Virus record (IMG/VR): IMGVR_UViG_3300032334_000790 | Coordinates: 1 to 40,130 of that record | Direction: 5' to 3' (one strand) | DNA length: 40,130 nucleotides | Origin: a virus | Lineage: Duplodnaviria > Caudoviricetes | Part shown: piece after piece, positions 7,389 to 18,224 of the stretch | How positions within the stretch are numbered: the stretch's first letter is position 1 | Layout: every line of letters begins with the position of its first letter | Translations under genes and position numbers: made by a program | Notes under the pieces: model-generated | What the model saw: only the letters and a program-made list of their open reading frames with translations | Databases searched by the model: none | What the model was told of the DNA's origin: nothing

Positions 7389-9644
7389 GTGGAAGACTAT
7401 AAAAACAACCGCAATGGTGGCGGAGCTCATGGCGAGTCATATGCGGAAGGCGCTCCTTGGTCTGGCCGTGAAGGCGAGATGTCTGAAACTGAGTTTTCGG
7501 CCTCTGTAAAGCAGTCCATTGATGATGCAGTAGATTATATAGACGGATTTATTGCGCCTGCGAGAGCGAAAGCAACGAGTTTCTATCGCGGCGATCCATT
7601 TGGCAATGAAGAAGAGGGCCGTTCTCAGATTGTCATGACGGAACTGCGTGATGTTACGCAAGCCGTTATTCCATCCTTATTGCGCATATTTACGGCAAGT
7701 GAAAATGTCGTTGAATATATGCCGCGTAATGAGGCGACAGTTGAGATGGCTGAGCAGGCCACTGACTATGTTAATTTCATCTTTTATAATGACAATCCTG
7801 GCTTTCAGGTATTGCACAATGTCTTCAAAGACGCGCTTGTTAGAAAAACGGGTATTATTAAATGGCGCTGGTCAGAAGACCTGGAAATATCGGAAGCTGA
7901 ATATACGGGATTAGATTTAGGGCAAGTAGCTGTTTTAGAATCTGATCCTGAAGTTGAAATTGTTGAAATTAAGATTGAAGAAATAATTGAGGTTGAACCA
8001 GATCCTATAACGGGTATGGAGCAGCCTCCGATTGAAAAACTTTATGTTCGAATACGCCGCTCACGGCCTAAAAACCGTGTTGTGATTGAGGCGGTTCCGC
8101 CAGAAGAATTTCTTATTTCCCGCGATGCGCGTAATTTAGATACGGCGATGTATGTCGGCCATCGTTCGCTCAAAACCATGAGTGAGCTTGTGGCGATGGG
8201 CTATGATCGTAAAGAAGTTGAGGAATACGCCGGTCAGGGTGATGTCTTCTCAATTAATACGGAAGCTCAGACACGTAATCCGGCTATTTTGAGCTTTATG
8301 AACCATGCGGATAACCCCGATGGTTCGCTAAGAAGAGTAATTTATGTCGAAAGCTATGTCCGTATTGATAAGGACGGCGACGGCATAGCTGAATTAAGAA
8401 AAGTATGCTCCATCGGTAACGCCCATTATATTTTACATGATGAGGTGGCAACTGATGTTCCTTTCTGCGTGTTCTGTCCAGATCCAGAGCCGCATATGAT
8501 TATTGGCCAGTCTCTAGCTGATCAAGTCAACGATCTTCAGGTTATCAAGTCTGCAATTGTGCGCAACACAATGGACAGCTTGGCTCAAGTCATTCATCCG
8601 AGGACGGTTGTAGTCGAAGGCCAAGTGAACCTGGACGACGTGATGAACACCGAGACTGGCGCTATCATTAGAGCCCGTCAGCCTGGAATGGTTCAGGCGC
8701 TATCGGAGCCATTTGTTGGTCAGGCAGCAATGCCGATCATACAATATATGGACGAGATCCGAGCTCAAAGAACCGGGATTACACAAGCCTCGCAGGGATT
8801 AGATCCTGATGTATTACAGTCCACAACGGCTATGGCGGTATCGGCAACGGTTCAAGGTGCACAAGAGCGTATTGAATTAATTGCAAGAATATTTGCTGAA
8901 AACGGCATGAAACGCTTATTCCGTGGATTGCTACGGATGGTTTGTCGCCATCAAGATCATGCGCGTGTTCTTCGCCTAAGAGGCAAATGGGTAAATGTCG
9001 ATCCACGCTATTGGGATGCAGACATGGACGTATCTGTGAATGTGGCGTTTGGCCATGGCACAGATCATGATCGTATGCAGTTCATGTTAATGCTTGCACA
9101 AAAGCAAGAGCAAATCATGCAATTGCTTGGGCCAAGTAATCCGCTTTGCGATATCAGCCAATATCGAGCAGCCTTGGCGAAGATTACTGAGCTTGCGGGT
9201 ATTAAAGACGTATCTCGTTACTTTAATAATGTCTCGCAAGAGCAAGCTATGCAAATGGCCCAGCAAGCTAGTCAGAATAAGCCGCCTGATCCTAATCAGA
9301 TGCTTGTTCAAATTGAGCAGCAAAAGGCTCAAGTAGCTCAGATCAAAGCTCAGGCTGATGTCGTAATTAATCAGCAGAAGCTAGATATTCAGCGTGAAGA
9401 AGCCATTATGCAGGATGCGCGTGAAAGAGAGCGTATTCAAGCTGATGCAATGCTAAAGGCTGCTGAGATACAGGCTAAATATGGTTCACAAATCGACATT
9501 ACGCGTCTTGAGCGCATGTTTGACCATGACCGTGAAGTTATACTTGCTCAGATAAAAGCTGACAGCGCTGAGCGGCAGAGCAAATTAAACGCTCAATCTC
9601 AACAGCAGAATGTCCCTAGACAATATGACCCCCGACCAATTTGA
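7389..9644 (+). CDS. Portal protein (P22-like, long C-terminal coiled coil)
   Basis: 751 aa after terL; FKDALVRKTGIIK, VPPEEF, DGDGIAELRKV; Gln-rich helical tail. Confidence 0.9.
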   Translation: MEDYKNNRNGGGAHGESYAEGAPWSGREGEMSETEFSASVKQSIDDAVDYIDGFIAPARAKATSFYRGDPFGNEEEGRSQIVMTELRDVTQAVIPSLLRIFTASENVVEYMPRNEATVEMAEQATDYVNFIFYNDNPGFQVLHNVFKDALVRKTGIIKWRWSEDLEISEAEYTGLDLGQVAVLESDPEVEIVEIKIEEIIEVEPDPITGMEQPPIEKLYVRIRRSRPKNRVVIEAVPPEEFLISRDARNLDTAMYVGHRSLKTMSELVAMGYDRKEVEEYAGQGDVFSINTEAQTRNPAILSFMNHADNPDGSLRRVIYVESYVRIDKDGDGIAELRKVCSIGNAHYILHDEVATDVPFCVFCPDPEPHMIIGQSLADQVNDLQVIKSAIVRNTMDSLAQVIHPRTVVVEGQVNLDDVMNTETGAIIRARQPGMVQALSEPFVGQAAMPIIQYMDEIRAQRTGITQASQGLDPDVLQSTTAMAVSATVQGAQERIELIARIFAENGMKRLFRGLLRMVCRHQDHARVLRLRGKWVNVDPRYWDADMDVSVNVAFGHGTDHDRMQFMLMLAQKQEQIMQLLGPSNPLCDISQYRAALAKITELAGIKDVSRYFNNVSQEQAMQMAQQASQNKPPDPNQMLVQIEQQKAQVAQIKAQADVVINQQKLDIQREEAIMQDARERERIQADAMLKAAEIQAKYGSQIDITRLERMFDHDREVILAQIKADSAERQSKLNAQSQQQNVPRQYDPRPI

Positions 9645-9885
9645 TAATTTTAAGCGGGAAGTCAAAGACTTCGCAAGTTCAGACGCAATAGAAGAATTAT
9701 TAATTCGTCTGGAAAATAAATTCACGCAGGACTGGAAGGATAGCGCCCCGTCAGAAACGGATAAGCGCGTATATTCTTATATGATGGTTCGTGCGTTGGA
9801 TGCGCTACGCAATGAGATCAAATCCGTTGCGTTAGGCGATGCGGTAAACGCTTGGAACCGCGAAAGAAAATCCAAGGCCGTTTAA
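9610..9885 (+). CDS. Small conserved head-module protein
   Basis: Between portal and scaffold. Confidence 0.7.
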   Translation: MSLDNMTPDQFDNFKREVKDFASSDAIEELLIRLENKFTQDWKDSAPSETDKRVYSYMMVRALDALRNEIKSVALGDAVNAWNRERKSKAV

Positions 9886-9896
9886 GGACAATTTAA

Positions 9897-10907
9897 ATGA
9901 ATGCAACCGAGCAACCCGCCTCTGGCGGATTCGGGCTAATGGATGCTGCCCAACGCTATGAAGGCATCCTCGCGTCTGAAGAAGGCGGGAACGAGGAACA
10001 ATCAACGCAAGCGGTAGAATCCGAAGAACCACCACCCAAATCTGATGAAGAAGAGGGGGAGGTTGCTGCTGAAGCATCGGAAGAGACTGAGGGTGGTGAA
10101 CCCGATCCTGATGTTGAAGCCACCGACGACGCTGAAACTGACGAAGCGCCTCAAGCCGACGATATCAAGCTCACCGTTAAAATTGACGGCAAAGAGCAAC
10201 AAATCACGGCGAAAGAAGCTGCCGAAGGTTACATGCGAACGGCGGATTATACGCGAAAGACGCAGGAAGCCGCGGAGTTAAGGAAAGAAGCCTTAACGAT
10301 TAGGCAAACTGCACAGCAGGAACGCGATGTATTAGCTCAACTGATTCCAGTTGTTCAGGCGGAATTGCAATCATTGCAAGTTCAAGAGCCTGACTGGCAG
10401 AAGCTCTACAACGAAGATCCTCTGGAATATGTGCGTCTAAAGGATGCGTGGCGTGATCGTCAAGATCGTATAAACGCTTATAATGCAGAAAAACATCGTA
10501 TCTCGCAGGTCAAACAGATTGAGCGAGATCAAGAGTTGCAACAGGCGCTTGTCGAAGGTCGGGCAAAACTTCTTGAGAAGAACCCGCAATGGAAAGACGC
10601 CAAACGTTGGAATGAAGACGTAAGAAAGATGACTGCAACAGCCGTCTCTGAAGGTTTTTCAGAAGACGAATTGCAGTATATCACTGATCCTCGCACCATT
10701 GGCATATTGCGTAAAGCAGCGGCCTTTGACGAGCTCATGTCTAAAAAGCCAACACCAGTTCAATCGAAGTCACCAAAGGTTGCTTCACCTGGCTCATCTG
10801 CAAACGCTCCTAAAGCCCGCTCAGAAGTTTCTCGCGCAAAGCAACGTCTCGCTAAAACGGGCCGAGTGCAAGATGCAGCGGCCTATTTCGAAAACTACAT
10901 CGAATAG
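9897..10907 (+). CDS. Capsid scaffolding protein
   Basis: Acidic N-terminus, VKIDGKEQQIT..., GYMRTADYTRKTQE, C-terminal RLAKTGRVQDAA. Confidence 0.85.
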   Translation: MNATEQPASGGFGLMDAAQRYEGILASEEGGNEEQSTQAVESEEPPPKSDEEEGEVAAEASEETEGGEPDPDVEATDDAETDEAPQADDIKLTVKIDGKEQQITAKEAAEGYMRTADYTRKTQEAAELRKEALTIRQTAQQERDVLAQLIPVVQAELQSLQVQEPDWQKLYNEDPLEYVRLKDAWRDRQDRINAYNAEKHRISQVKQIERDQELQQALVEGRAKLLEKNPQWKDAKRWNEDVRKMTATAVSEGFSEDELQYITDPRTIGILRKAAAFDELMSKKPTPVQSKSPKVASPGSSANAPKARSEVSRAKQRLAKTGRVQDAAAYFENYIE

Positions 10908-10918
10908 GGTGAATTGAA

Positions 10919-11896
10919 ATGGCAATAGTAACTAATACGCTTACCCGATATGACGGGTATCGCGCAGTCCGTGAGGACTTAGCAGATGTGATTTATAATA
11001 TTGCTCCCGTAGATGTGCCAATGATGAGCAACATCGGACGTGAGAATGTTAAGAACACATATTTTGAATGGCAGATAGACAATCTTGCTAGTGCAGTCAC
11101 GACGAATGCACAGCTTGAAGGTGATGACGTAGCAAGCACAAGCGATGCTCGTACCGCCACAAACCGCGTAGCGAACTACACGCAAATCTCTCGCAAGCTC
11201 GTCCAGACTTCAGGCACTATTGAAGCAGTCGATAAAGCAGGCATGCGCTCATATTTAGCTTATGAATTGGCTAAGGCCTCTTCTGAGTTAAAGAGAGACA
11301 TGGAAGCTACGATCACGTCAAACAACGCTGCTGTCGCTGGTAACAATACGACTGCACGTCAAACGGCTGGTCTTGGCGCTTGGCTGCGCACGAACGTTGT
11401 AAAGAACGGTTCTACCGATCCTTCAATGTCTTCGACCAATGACGGCTTCCCACAAACGGCCCGCACACTTGGAACGCAGATCACATTCACTGAAGCGATG
11501 CTCAAGAGCGCAATTCAGAAAGTGTGGACGCAAGGTGGCGATCCTAAAGTTCTGATGACTGGGCCGTTTAACAAAACTGTTGCTTCTACCTTCACGGGTA
11601 TTGCGCAGATTCGTTACAACGTTGGCGATGTTGAGCCTGCTGCAATTATTGGAGCGGCTGACGTATATCTTTCGGATTTTGGTGAGGTTCGTATTGTTCC
11701 TAACCGTTTCCAGCCAGAGCGTCAGGCTTACGTCCTTGATCCTGAGTATGCTTCAATCGGCTATCTCCGTAACTTCCGCACAGAAGTTCTTGCAAAAACG
11801 GGTGACGCTGAGAAGAGAATGATTGTTGTGGAGTATGGCTTGAAAGTTCGCACTGAGAAATCTCATGCGATTATTGCCGATCTGACGACTTCGTAA
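10919..11896 (+). CDS. Major capsid protein (DUF5309/SU10-type)
   Basis: REDLADVIYNI, FEWQID, NYTQI, ELKRDME, LAKTGDAEK; follows scaffold. Confidence 0.92.
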   Translation: MAIVTNTLTRYDGYRAVREDLADVIYNIAPVDVPMMSNIGRENVKNTYFEWQIDNLASAVTTNAQLEGDDVASTSDARTATNRVANYTQISRKLVQTSGTIEAVDKAGMRSYLAYELAKASSELKRDMEATITSNNAAVAGNNTTARQTAGLGAWLRTNVVKNGSTDPSMSSTNDGFPQTARTLGTQITFTEAMLKSAIQKVWTQGGDPKVLMTGPFNKTVASTFTGIAQIRYNVGDVEPAAIIGAADVYLSDFGEVRIVPNRFQPERQAYVLDPEYASIGYLRNFRTEVLAKTGDAEKRMIVVEYGLKVRTEKSHAIIADLTTS

Positions 11897-11917
11897 GACT
11901 AACTTACATCAACATTA

Positions 11918-11949
11918 GGGAAAGGGAGGGGGAAACCCCTCCTTTTTTT
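11918..11949 (+). terminator. Intrinsic terminator after capsid gene
   Basis: GGAGGGG-GAAA-CCCCTCC then T run. Confidence 0.85.
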
Positions 11950-11954
11950 ATTCT

Positions 11955-12257
11955 ATGCGCAAAGTAATGGATCACGATCCCACTACAGGGATCAGCCATG
12001 TATTCTACTACGACGAGATGACGGATGAAGCTACAATTGTAGCAGAGCAAGATGTCTCTAGTGTCGTAGAGCTTAATAAAAAATCATATAATGAGACGCA
12101 TGGTAAGTTTGGCGAGTTTAGTAAAGTCGCCTCGCTACCGTTGGTTGTTTATAATGATCTTCAAAAGAAGGGCATTTTAAATGATCCTAAAGCTCTCAAG
12201 CGCTGGTTAAATGATCCAGACAACCGTTTCTTTAGAACAAGGCCTGGCACCATATGA
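11955..12257 (+). CDS. Conserved head-associated hypothetical protein
   Basis: QDVS..., KVASLP, WLNDPDNRFFRT motif typical right after this capsid type. Confidence 0.75.
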   Translation: MRKVMDHDPTTGISHVFYYDEMTDEATIVAEQDVSSVVELNKKSYNETHGKFGEFSKVASLPLVVYNDLQKKGILNDPKALKRWLNDPDNRFFRTRPGTI

Positions 12258-12919
12258 CAGCGCCATCTGTAGCAATTTGTCTGCCCTGTAGAGATCAGGT
12301 CAATACAGGCTTTGCGTATGACTTAGCTGTATTAACGGCTAATTGGAGTGCAACACATATTCCTGAAGGCGGTAAACTTTACGTGTTTACGTCTATGGGA
12401 ACGCTCATTGCTAACCAGAGACAAGAATTAGTCTTAGAAGCAATGCAGGCGGGTTGTAGTCACATTCTGTTTTTAGATACTGACATGCGCTTCCCGAAAG
12501 ACACGCTTGATCGTCTTATGGCGCATAATCAGCCAATTGTTGCGGCGAATTACGCAACACGGCGTATGCCCGTAAAGACTGTGGCATTTAGCTCAGATCA
12601 GGGATGGGACTGTGTTTATACAACGCCTGAAAGCGAAGGTTTAGAAGAGGTTCATTCCGTTGGAATGGGCGTCATGCTTATTCAGCGTGAAGTTTTTGAG
12701 AAGATGGAATTGCCGTGGTTCCATTTGGGCTACAGCATGAAAACCCATTCATTCAGTGGCGAAGATATTTTCTTTTGTCGCTCAGCCCGAAAACACGGCT
12801 TTAAGGTTCTTATTGATCACGGTCTTTCTAAGCAAGTTAAGCATATTGGTTCATTTGAATATGCTCACGAACACGCTGAGGTTTGCAAGCAGGAATCCGA
12901 TGATCTCAGCAAATCGTAG
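12254..12919 (+). CDS. GT2-like (GT-A) glycosyltransferase
   Basis: HILFLDTDM (DxD), GMGVMLI, GEDIFFC, H-x-G. Confidence 0.8.
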   Translation: MTAPSVAICLPCRDQVNTGFAYDLAVLTANWSATHIPEGGKLYVFTSMGTLIANQRQELVLEAMQAGCSHILFLDTDMRFPKDTLDRLMAHNQPIVAANYATRRMPVKTVAFSSDQGWDCVYTTPESEGLEEVHSVGMGVMLIQREVFEKMELPWFHLGYSMKTHSFSGEDIFFCRSARKHGFKVLIDHGLSKQVKHIGSFEYAHEHAEVCKQESDDLSKS

Positions 12920-12939
12920 AGATTAAAGGATTGTAGAAA

Positions 12940-13602
12940 ATGACCACTTTCGCAGATCCGGCGTTTACAGCTACTTTCCAAGGTTTATGTAACAAGGTTG
13001 CAGATACGCTTAATAGGCAGGATCTTACAGCAGTTATCCCAGATTTTGTTACTTTGGCGACAACACGCATTCAGCGTGATATGGCTAGGGTAAAACATCC
13101 ATTTATGGTCAAGCGGGCGCAAGCGTCTGTTATTGATAATTACGTTCCGTTACCAACTGATTATATCTCAGTCTATCAAATGATGGATCAGGATACGTCA
13201 GTTAATATTGATTATATTTCGCCTGATCAGACTAAGAATGTTTATGCGGGAACGAGTTTTGTTTCTCGCAATAACAGTAAGCAGATTTATTATACGATTA
13301 TTGGAAATAGAATAAGGCTTTATCCGATCCCTGGCCAAACAACCCCGGATACATTGGATCTTTGGTATTATGCAAGACTAACGCCTCTTAACAATACAAC
13401 GACAACCAATTGGGTATTGTCGCGTTATCCTGATCTCTACTTATACGGCTCTCTATTGCATTCCGCTCCTTATCTCAAGGCGGATGAAAGAATGTCTGTA
13501 TGGGAGGGTGCGTATCAGACGATATTGGCTGACATAGAAGTTGAAGCTGATCGTTCTATTCGTTCGCAAACTAAACTGAACGCAACAAGACGCAGTTTCT
13601 AA
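12940..13602 (+). CDS. Head-tail adaptor / tail tubular protein A-like
   Basis: LNRQDLTAVIPDFV..., TTNWVL..YPDLYLYGSL..SAPYLK.DER. Confidence 0.8.
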   Translation: MTTFADPAFTATFQGLCNKVADTLNRQDLTAVIPDFVTLATTRIQRDMARVKHPFMVKRAQASVIDNYVPLPTDYISVYQMMDQDTSVNIDYISPDQTKNVYAGTSFVSRNNSKQIYYTIIGNRIRLYPIPGQTTPDTLDLWYYARLTPLNNTTTTNWVLSRYPDLYLYGSLLHSAPYLKADERMSVWEGAYQTILADIEVEADRSIRSQTKLNATRRSF

Positions 13603-13617
13603 CTAAGGACTTAAACA

Positions 13618-14025
13618 ATGGCTGTAACTTACAACGCTACACTTAAAACTAACCGTATGCAGTTAGTCGCTGACTTAATTGCATCAAAGGTTGCTGCATC
13701 ATCAACCGGCGCAGCTTCAGCTGGAACGCTAGTTATCGGCACATCGTCGCTTTCTGGTGCAACGGGTGTATTGGCCAGCTTCACGCTATCATCAACTCCT
13801 GGCACTGTTGCCGGTGCGGTTCTGACGATTTCTGGAACACCATTAACGGCGACTGCTTCTGGAACGGGAACGGCAGCTTTAGCTGAAATCCGTAACAACG
13901 CCGGTACGGTGATTGTTTCTGGCCTGACGGTTGGAACGAGCAGCGCTGACATCATCATCAATGCGACGGCGGTATCTACCGGCCAGACTGTATCGCTGAC
14001 GAGCGGCACAATTACTCACGGCTAA
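13618..14025 (+). CDS. Virion structural protein (Ala/Thr/Gly-rich beta protein)
   Basis: Composition and tail-module position. Confidence 0.7.
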   Translation: MAVTYNATLKTNRMQLVADLIASKVAASSTGAASAGTLVIGTSSLSGATGVLASFTLSSTPGTVAGAVLTISGTPLTATASGTGTAALAEIRNNAGTVIVSGLTVGTSSADIIINATAVSTGQTVSLTSGTITHG

Positions 14026-14044
14026 TTGAAGAGAGCGCCAAGCT

Positions 14045-15304
14045 ATGGTGAAATTACTAAACCGAGCTAAAATGGCCACGGCCACAACTGGCACTGGCAC
14101 TATTACGCTTGGCTCTGCATCTTCTGGCTATCAGTCGTTTGCGTCAGCTGGCATAGCTAATGATGATACGGTTAGCTATGTGATTGAGGATGGCATTGCC
14201 TGGGAATACGGCACTGGCACTTATACCTCGTCAGGCACAACATTAAGCCGCACGTTAGGTCAATCTAGCACTGGTTCGCTGTTAAATCTGTCTGGCTCGG
14301 CTACTGTATTCTTAACGGCATTGGCTGCTGATATTGTCACGCCAGGCGGCGCGTTAGGCACACCATCTAGCGGCAATCTTGCTAACTGCACATTCCCGAC
14401 ATTAAATCAGAATACAACTGGGACGGCGACTAACGTCACTGGGACGGTTGCGGTTGCTAATGGTGGAACGGGTGTAACAACTAGCACTGGAACGGGTAAC
14501 GTAGTTCTTTCGACTAGCCCCACATTAGTGACGCCAGTTTTAGGCACGCCCACGTCTGGTAATTTTTCTACAGGCACATTTACCTGGCCGACGTTTAACC
14601 AGAATACGACAGGGACGGCCGCTGGCTTATCAGCCACATTAGCCGTCACATCTGGCGGCACTGGCGTGACTACTAGCACCGGCTCCGGCAGTGTTGTTCT
14701 GTCTACTAGCCCGACGCTTGTAACGCCTAACCTTGGAACGCCGACTAGCGGCAACTTGGCGAACTGCACGTTTCCAGCGCTTAATCAAAATACCACTGGA
14801 ACGGCAGCAAATGTTACGGGGATTGTGGCTGTAGCCAATGGCGGCACAAACGCATCTGCCGCCGGTATTACTGCGTTCAACAATATAACGGGCTATACGG
14901 CCTCTGGCGCTACGGGAACGACAAGCACGAATATCGTATTTTCGACTAGCCCAACGATTACGACGCCGACGTTATCTAACCCTACCGTCACTAACTACAC
15001 AGAAACCGCATACGCTATCGGTAATACAAGCACAGCGGTAACTATCTCGCTTGCTAATGGCACTGTGCAGACTGCGACGATGACAGGTAATTGCACGTTT
15101 ACGATGCCTTCCGTATCTGCTGGTAAGTCATTCGTTCTTATACTTAGCACTGGCTCCGGCTCATATACTGGCACGTTTACGAGCGTTAAATGGCCTTCTG
15201 GAACTGCACCAACATTAACAACCACGGCAAGCAAGTGGGATATTCTATCGTTCTTTAGCGATGGCACATATTGGTATGGTTCAGCTTTACAGGCTTTCGC
15301 ATAA
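14045..15304 (+). CDS. Tail fibre protein with internal repeats
   Basis: [16 protein letters not shown]-terminus; repeated GTP(T/S)SGN...[12 protein letters not shown] and VAVANGGTG blocks. Confidence 0.8.
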   Translation: MVKLLNRAKMATATTGTGTITLGSASSGYQSFASAGIANDDTVSYVIEDGIAWEYGTGTYTSSGTTLSRTLGQSSTGSLLNLSGSATVFLTALAADIVTPGGALGTPSSGNLANCTFPTLNQNTTGTATNVTGTVAVANGGTGVTTSTGTGNVVLSTSPTLVTPVLGTPTSGNFSTGTFTWPTFNQNTTGTAAGLSATLAVTSGGTGVTTSTGSGSVVLSTSPTLVTPNLGTPTSGNLANCTFPALNQNTTGTAANVTGIVAVANGGTNASAAGITAFNNITGYTASGATGTTSTNIVFSTSPTITTPTLSNPTVTNYTETAYAIGNTSTAVTISLANGTVQTATMTGNCTFTMPSVSAGKSFVLILSTGSGSYTGTFTSVKWPSGTAPTLTTTASKWDILSFFSDGTYWYGSALQAFA

Positions 15305-18222
15305 TGTTTGCAGCTAAGAACGAATTACTGACGCGGCCATCTGGCGGCTATCAAATCAGCCGCAGCCTACGTTTTCGCTCGTCTGCAAGCGCGTTTTTGA
15401 GTAGGACGCCAAATAACGCAGCTACATCCAGAAGAAAGTTTACTTTTAGCGTCTGGATAAAAAGGGGTGGGATTGGCGCTCTAAGAGAAATATTTTTAGG
15501 CGGTTTGAGTGGGGTAAACGATTGCGGCGCGTACTTCAATAGCAGCGATAGAATTGAGTTTTATCAGAGAACGTCTGGAACAATACAAGGTTATATATCA
15601 ACTAATGCTGTATATCGTGATCCATCCGCTTGGTATAGTTTAGTATTTATTTATGATAGCGATAATGCAACGCCTGCTGACCGTATGCAAATTTGGGTCA
15701 ATAATGTCCGTCAATCCGTAGTAGTAAACAATCAATTATCTACCGGTATTGACAGTTGGTTTGGCACAAATGCTAACAGTTATTCCAATTACATTGGAGC
15801 GGATGCTGGAACATCATCATACTTAGACGGTTACCTAGCCGAAGTAAATTTCATTGACGGCCAACCATTAACGCCAAGCTCATTTGGCGCTTACGATAGC
15901 AACGGCGTCTGGCAACCCGCTAGATATACGGGAACATATGGAAATAATGGATTTTATTTGCCGTTCTCGGATAACTCATCTGTAAATGGAACTGGTGGCA
16001 CATCGTCTGCAAATGTTACTTATGGAGCAGGATTAGGCGGTTGGACTATCGTAAACAACTTAAATGCTATACCTGCTGGAACTGTAGTATCTGCTATTGG
16101 TGTATATCAAACATCCTCAGAGACAGGCGACTACGCTTATATAGTTCAATCTAACGGTTCTAATTCATTTACCGTTGTTGCTTCGACCGCTTTATTTAAT
16201 CATAGCGGCACTGGCTTAGAGTTCTTTAAACTTACTAGCCCTTATACAATACCCGGAACCGGCACATTCTACCTTGCAAAATATTCGTCTGGTTCTGGGT
16301 TGAATTGGGGCCACGACAGCGCGTCATCGACATCTTGGCAATATTTTGTGGGAACTGTATCTGGGACGCAAACTTGGAGTACTTATGCGTCGGCATACAC
16401 ACAGCCAGCCTTAGTTTACAGAGCAAACACGGGCCTAACATCTGATAGCTCTGGCAATGTCAACTTTTGGCAAGGTAACAACATAAGCGTAGCATCCGGC
16501 ACAACATACGACAGTATGATTGACAGCCCAACTAATTACTCTGACGGCGGTAATGGGCGGGGGAATTATGCGGTTTTAAATCCGTTAAGCAATCCAAACT
16601 CTCCAATATTTACTCTTTCTAACGCAAATCTAAACTATTCTTGTTCAGCAAGCTATGGTAACGCGTCAAAAATGGCTGTTGTTAGTTCTTTTGCGCTGTC
16701 ATCGGGTAAATGGTATTGTGAGGCGACAGAGACTTCAACAAACTCTGCTTTTGGTATTACGAGTGGGTTAGTTTCCGGCGGCACCTCCATAGGCGTAAAT
16801 TATGCGATTATCTATAATGGTGGCGCGGCAGGAAGCGCCGCCACATATTCTGGAACAACGCCAGCATTTACTACTAATGATGTAATTGGGCTTGCGTTCG
16901 ATGCAGTAGCATTGACATTAGCAATTTACAAGAATGGTGCATTGCAAGGAACTTTTTCCGGGATTGAAGCAAGCGTAAGCAATTGGTTCTTTCTACAAAC
17001 TATAAACTCAAGCAGTAGCGCAACCTCATCCATTTGGAACTTCGGTCAACAGCCATTCCGCGGAATGTATGTCTCCGGCTCTGGCTCATCTTTTGTCGGA
17101 ACAGGCGCTCCACCATCCGGCTTCGTCGCGCTCAACACCCAGAATTTACCAACGCCGACTATTGCTAACGGCGCGCAGTATATGGCGGCGGTGACTTATA
17201 CGGGTAATGGTGGAACGCAGACCGTAACAACTACAAGCTCTAATAGCGGTAATAATCCTCTTGGCACAACATTCCAGCCAGATATGGTATGGTATAAAGC
17301 AAGGTCTGCCGCTATCGGTCACGGTGTTGAAGATGTTGTCAGAGGTGTATCAAAAGTTCTTCAAACAAACGGAACATTTGCAGAAGCCGCTGTTTCTGGC
17401 ATTACAGCGTTTAATTCAAACGGTTTTACATTAGGGTCTGACGCTGTAGGAAACCAAAACGGCACAACTTATATCGGCTGGCAATGGAAAGCTGGCGGCA
17501 CAGGCGTATCCAACACATCCGGCTCTATCACAAGCACAGTAAGCGCTAATCAGTCGGCTGGATTTAGTATAGCAACTTGGACAGGAACAGGTGCTACAGG
17601 TGCAACCGTTGGACACGGACTTAATATTTTGCCAGCTATGGTTATTATCAAAAAACGTAACGTATCGGAATTTTGGTATGTAGCGCATTCCGGTTCTGGT
17701 TACAGCATAAACTACGCATATCACCTTTTCCTAAATACAGCAGGATCTATATCTGGTGGTAACGATCCGTATTATTTGAGTACGCAAATATCGACTACTT
17801 CTAACGTATTATCTCTAGCTGATGGAACCGCTAATAACGGGGGTAATCAAAGTGGCACAACATACGTTGCCTACTGTTTCGCCTCCGTTGCGGGGTATAG
17901 TGCTATTGGTAGCTACACAGGTAATGGTAGTGCTGATGGGGCGTTTGTTTATCTTGGATTTAGGCCAAGATTTGTGATGATTAAGTCCACAACATTGGTT
18001 CAGCCTTGGAACATATTTGATACATCTAGAGACCTATATAATGTTGAAGGACAATATTTGCAGCCCAGCAATTCTGGGGCCGAAGCGACGTTTGCTACTT
18101 TGGATGTCACCAGCAATGGGTTCAAACTGAGAACGTCCGGCGCACACGCAAATTCCTCAGGCGATTTGTTAATTTACGCCGCCTTTGCAGAAAACCCATT
18201 CAAATATTCAAGAGCGAGGTAA
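15304..18222 (+). CDS. Large receptor-binding/fibre protein with LamG (concanavalin-like) and SPRY-like domains
   Basis: SRSLRF, RDPSAWY, YLAEVNFIDGQ, SSGKWYCE, FQPDMVWYK, AFAENPFKYSRAR; ATG at 15304. Confidence 0.8.
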   Translation: MFAAKNELLTRPSGGYQISRSLRFRSSASAFLSRTPNNAATSRRKFTFSVWIKRGGIGALREIFLGGLSGVNDCGAYFNSSDRIEFYQRTSGTIQGYISTNAVYRDPSAWYSLVFIYDSDNATPADRMQIWVNNVRQSVVVNNQLSTGIDSWFGTNANSYSNYIGADAGTSSYLDGYLAEVNFIDGQPLTPSSFGAYDSNGVWQPARYTGTYGNNGFYLPFSDNSSVNGTGGTSSANVTYGAGLGGWTIVNNLNAIPAGTVVSAIGVYQTSSETGDYAYIVQSNGSNSFTVVASTALFNHSGTGLEFFKLTSPYTIPGTGTFYLAKYSSGSGLNWGHDSASSTSWQYFVGTVSGTQTWSTYASAYTQPALVYRANTGLTSDSSGNVNFWQGNNISVASGTTYDSMIDSPTNYSDGGNGRGNYAVLNPLSNPNSPIFTLSNANLNYSCSASYGNASKMAVVSSFALSSGKWYCEATETSTNSAFGITSGLVSGGTSIGVNYAIIYNGGAAGSAATYSGTTPAFTTNDVIGLAFDAVALTLAIYKNGALQGTFSGIEASVSNWFFLQTINSSSSATSSIWNFGQQPFRGMYVSGSGSSFVGTGAPPSGFVALNTQNLPTPTIANGAQYMAAVTYTGNGGTQTVTTTSSNSGNNPLGTTFQPDMVWYKARSAAIGHGVEDVVRGVSKVLQTNGTFAEAAVSGITAFNSNGFTLGSDAVGNQNGTTYIGWQWKAGGTGVSNTSGSITSTVSANQSAGFSIATWTGTGATGATVGHGLNILPAMVIIKKRNVSEFWYVAHSGSGYSINYAYHLFLNTAGSISGGNDPYYLSTQISTTSNVLSLADGTANNGGNQSGTTYVAYCFASVAGYSAIGSYTGNGSADGAFVYLGFRPRFVMIKSTTLVQPWNIFDTSRDLYNVEGQYLQPSNSGAEATFATLDVTSNGFKLRTSGAHANSSGDLLIYAAFAENPFKYSRAR

Positions 18223-18224
18223 CA

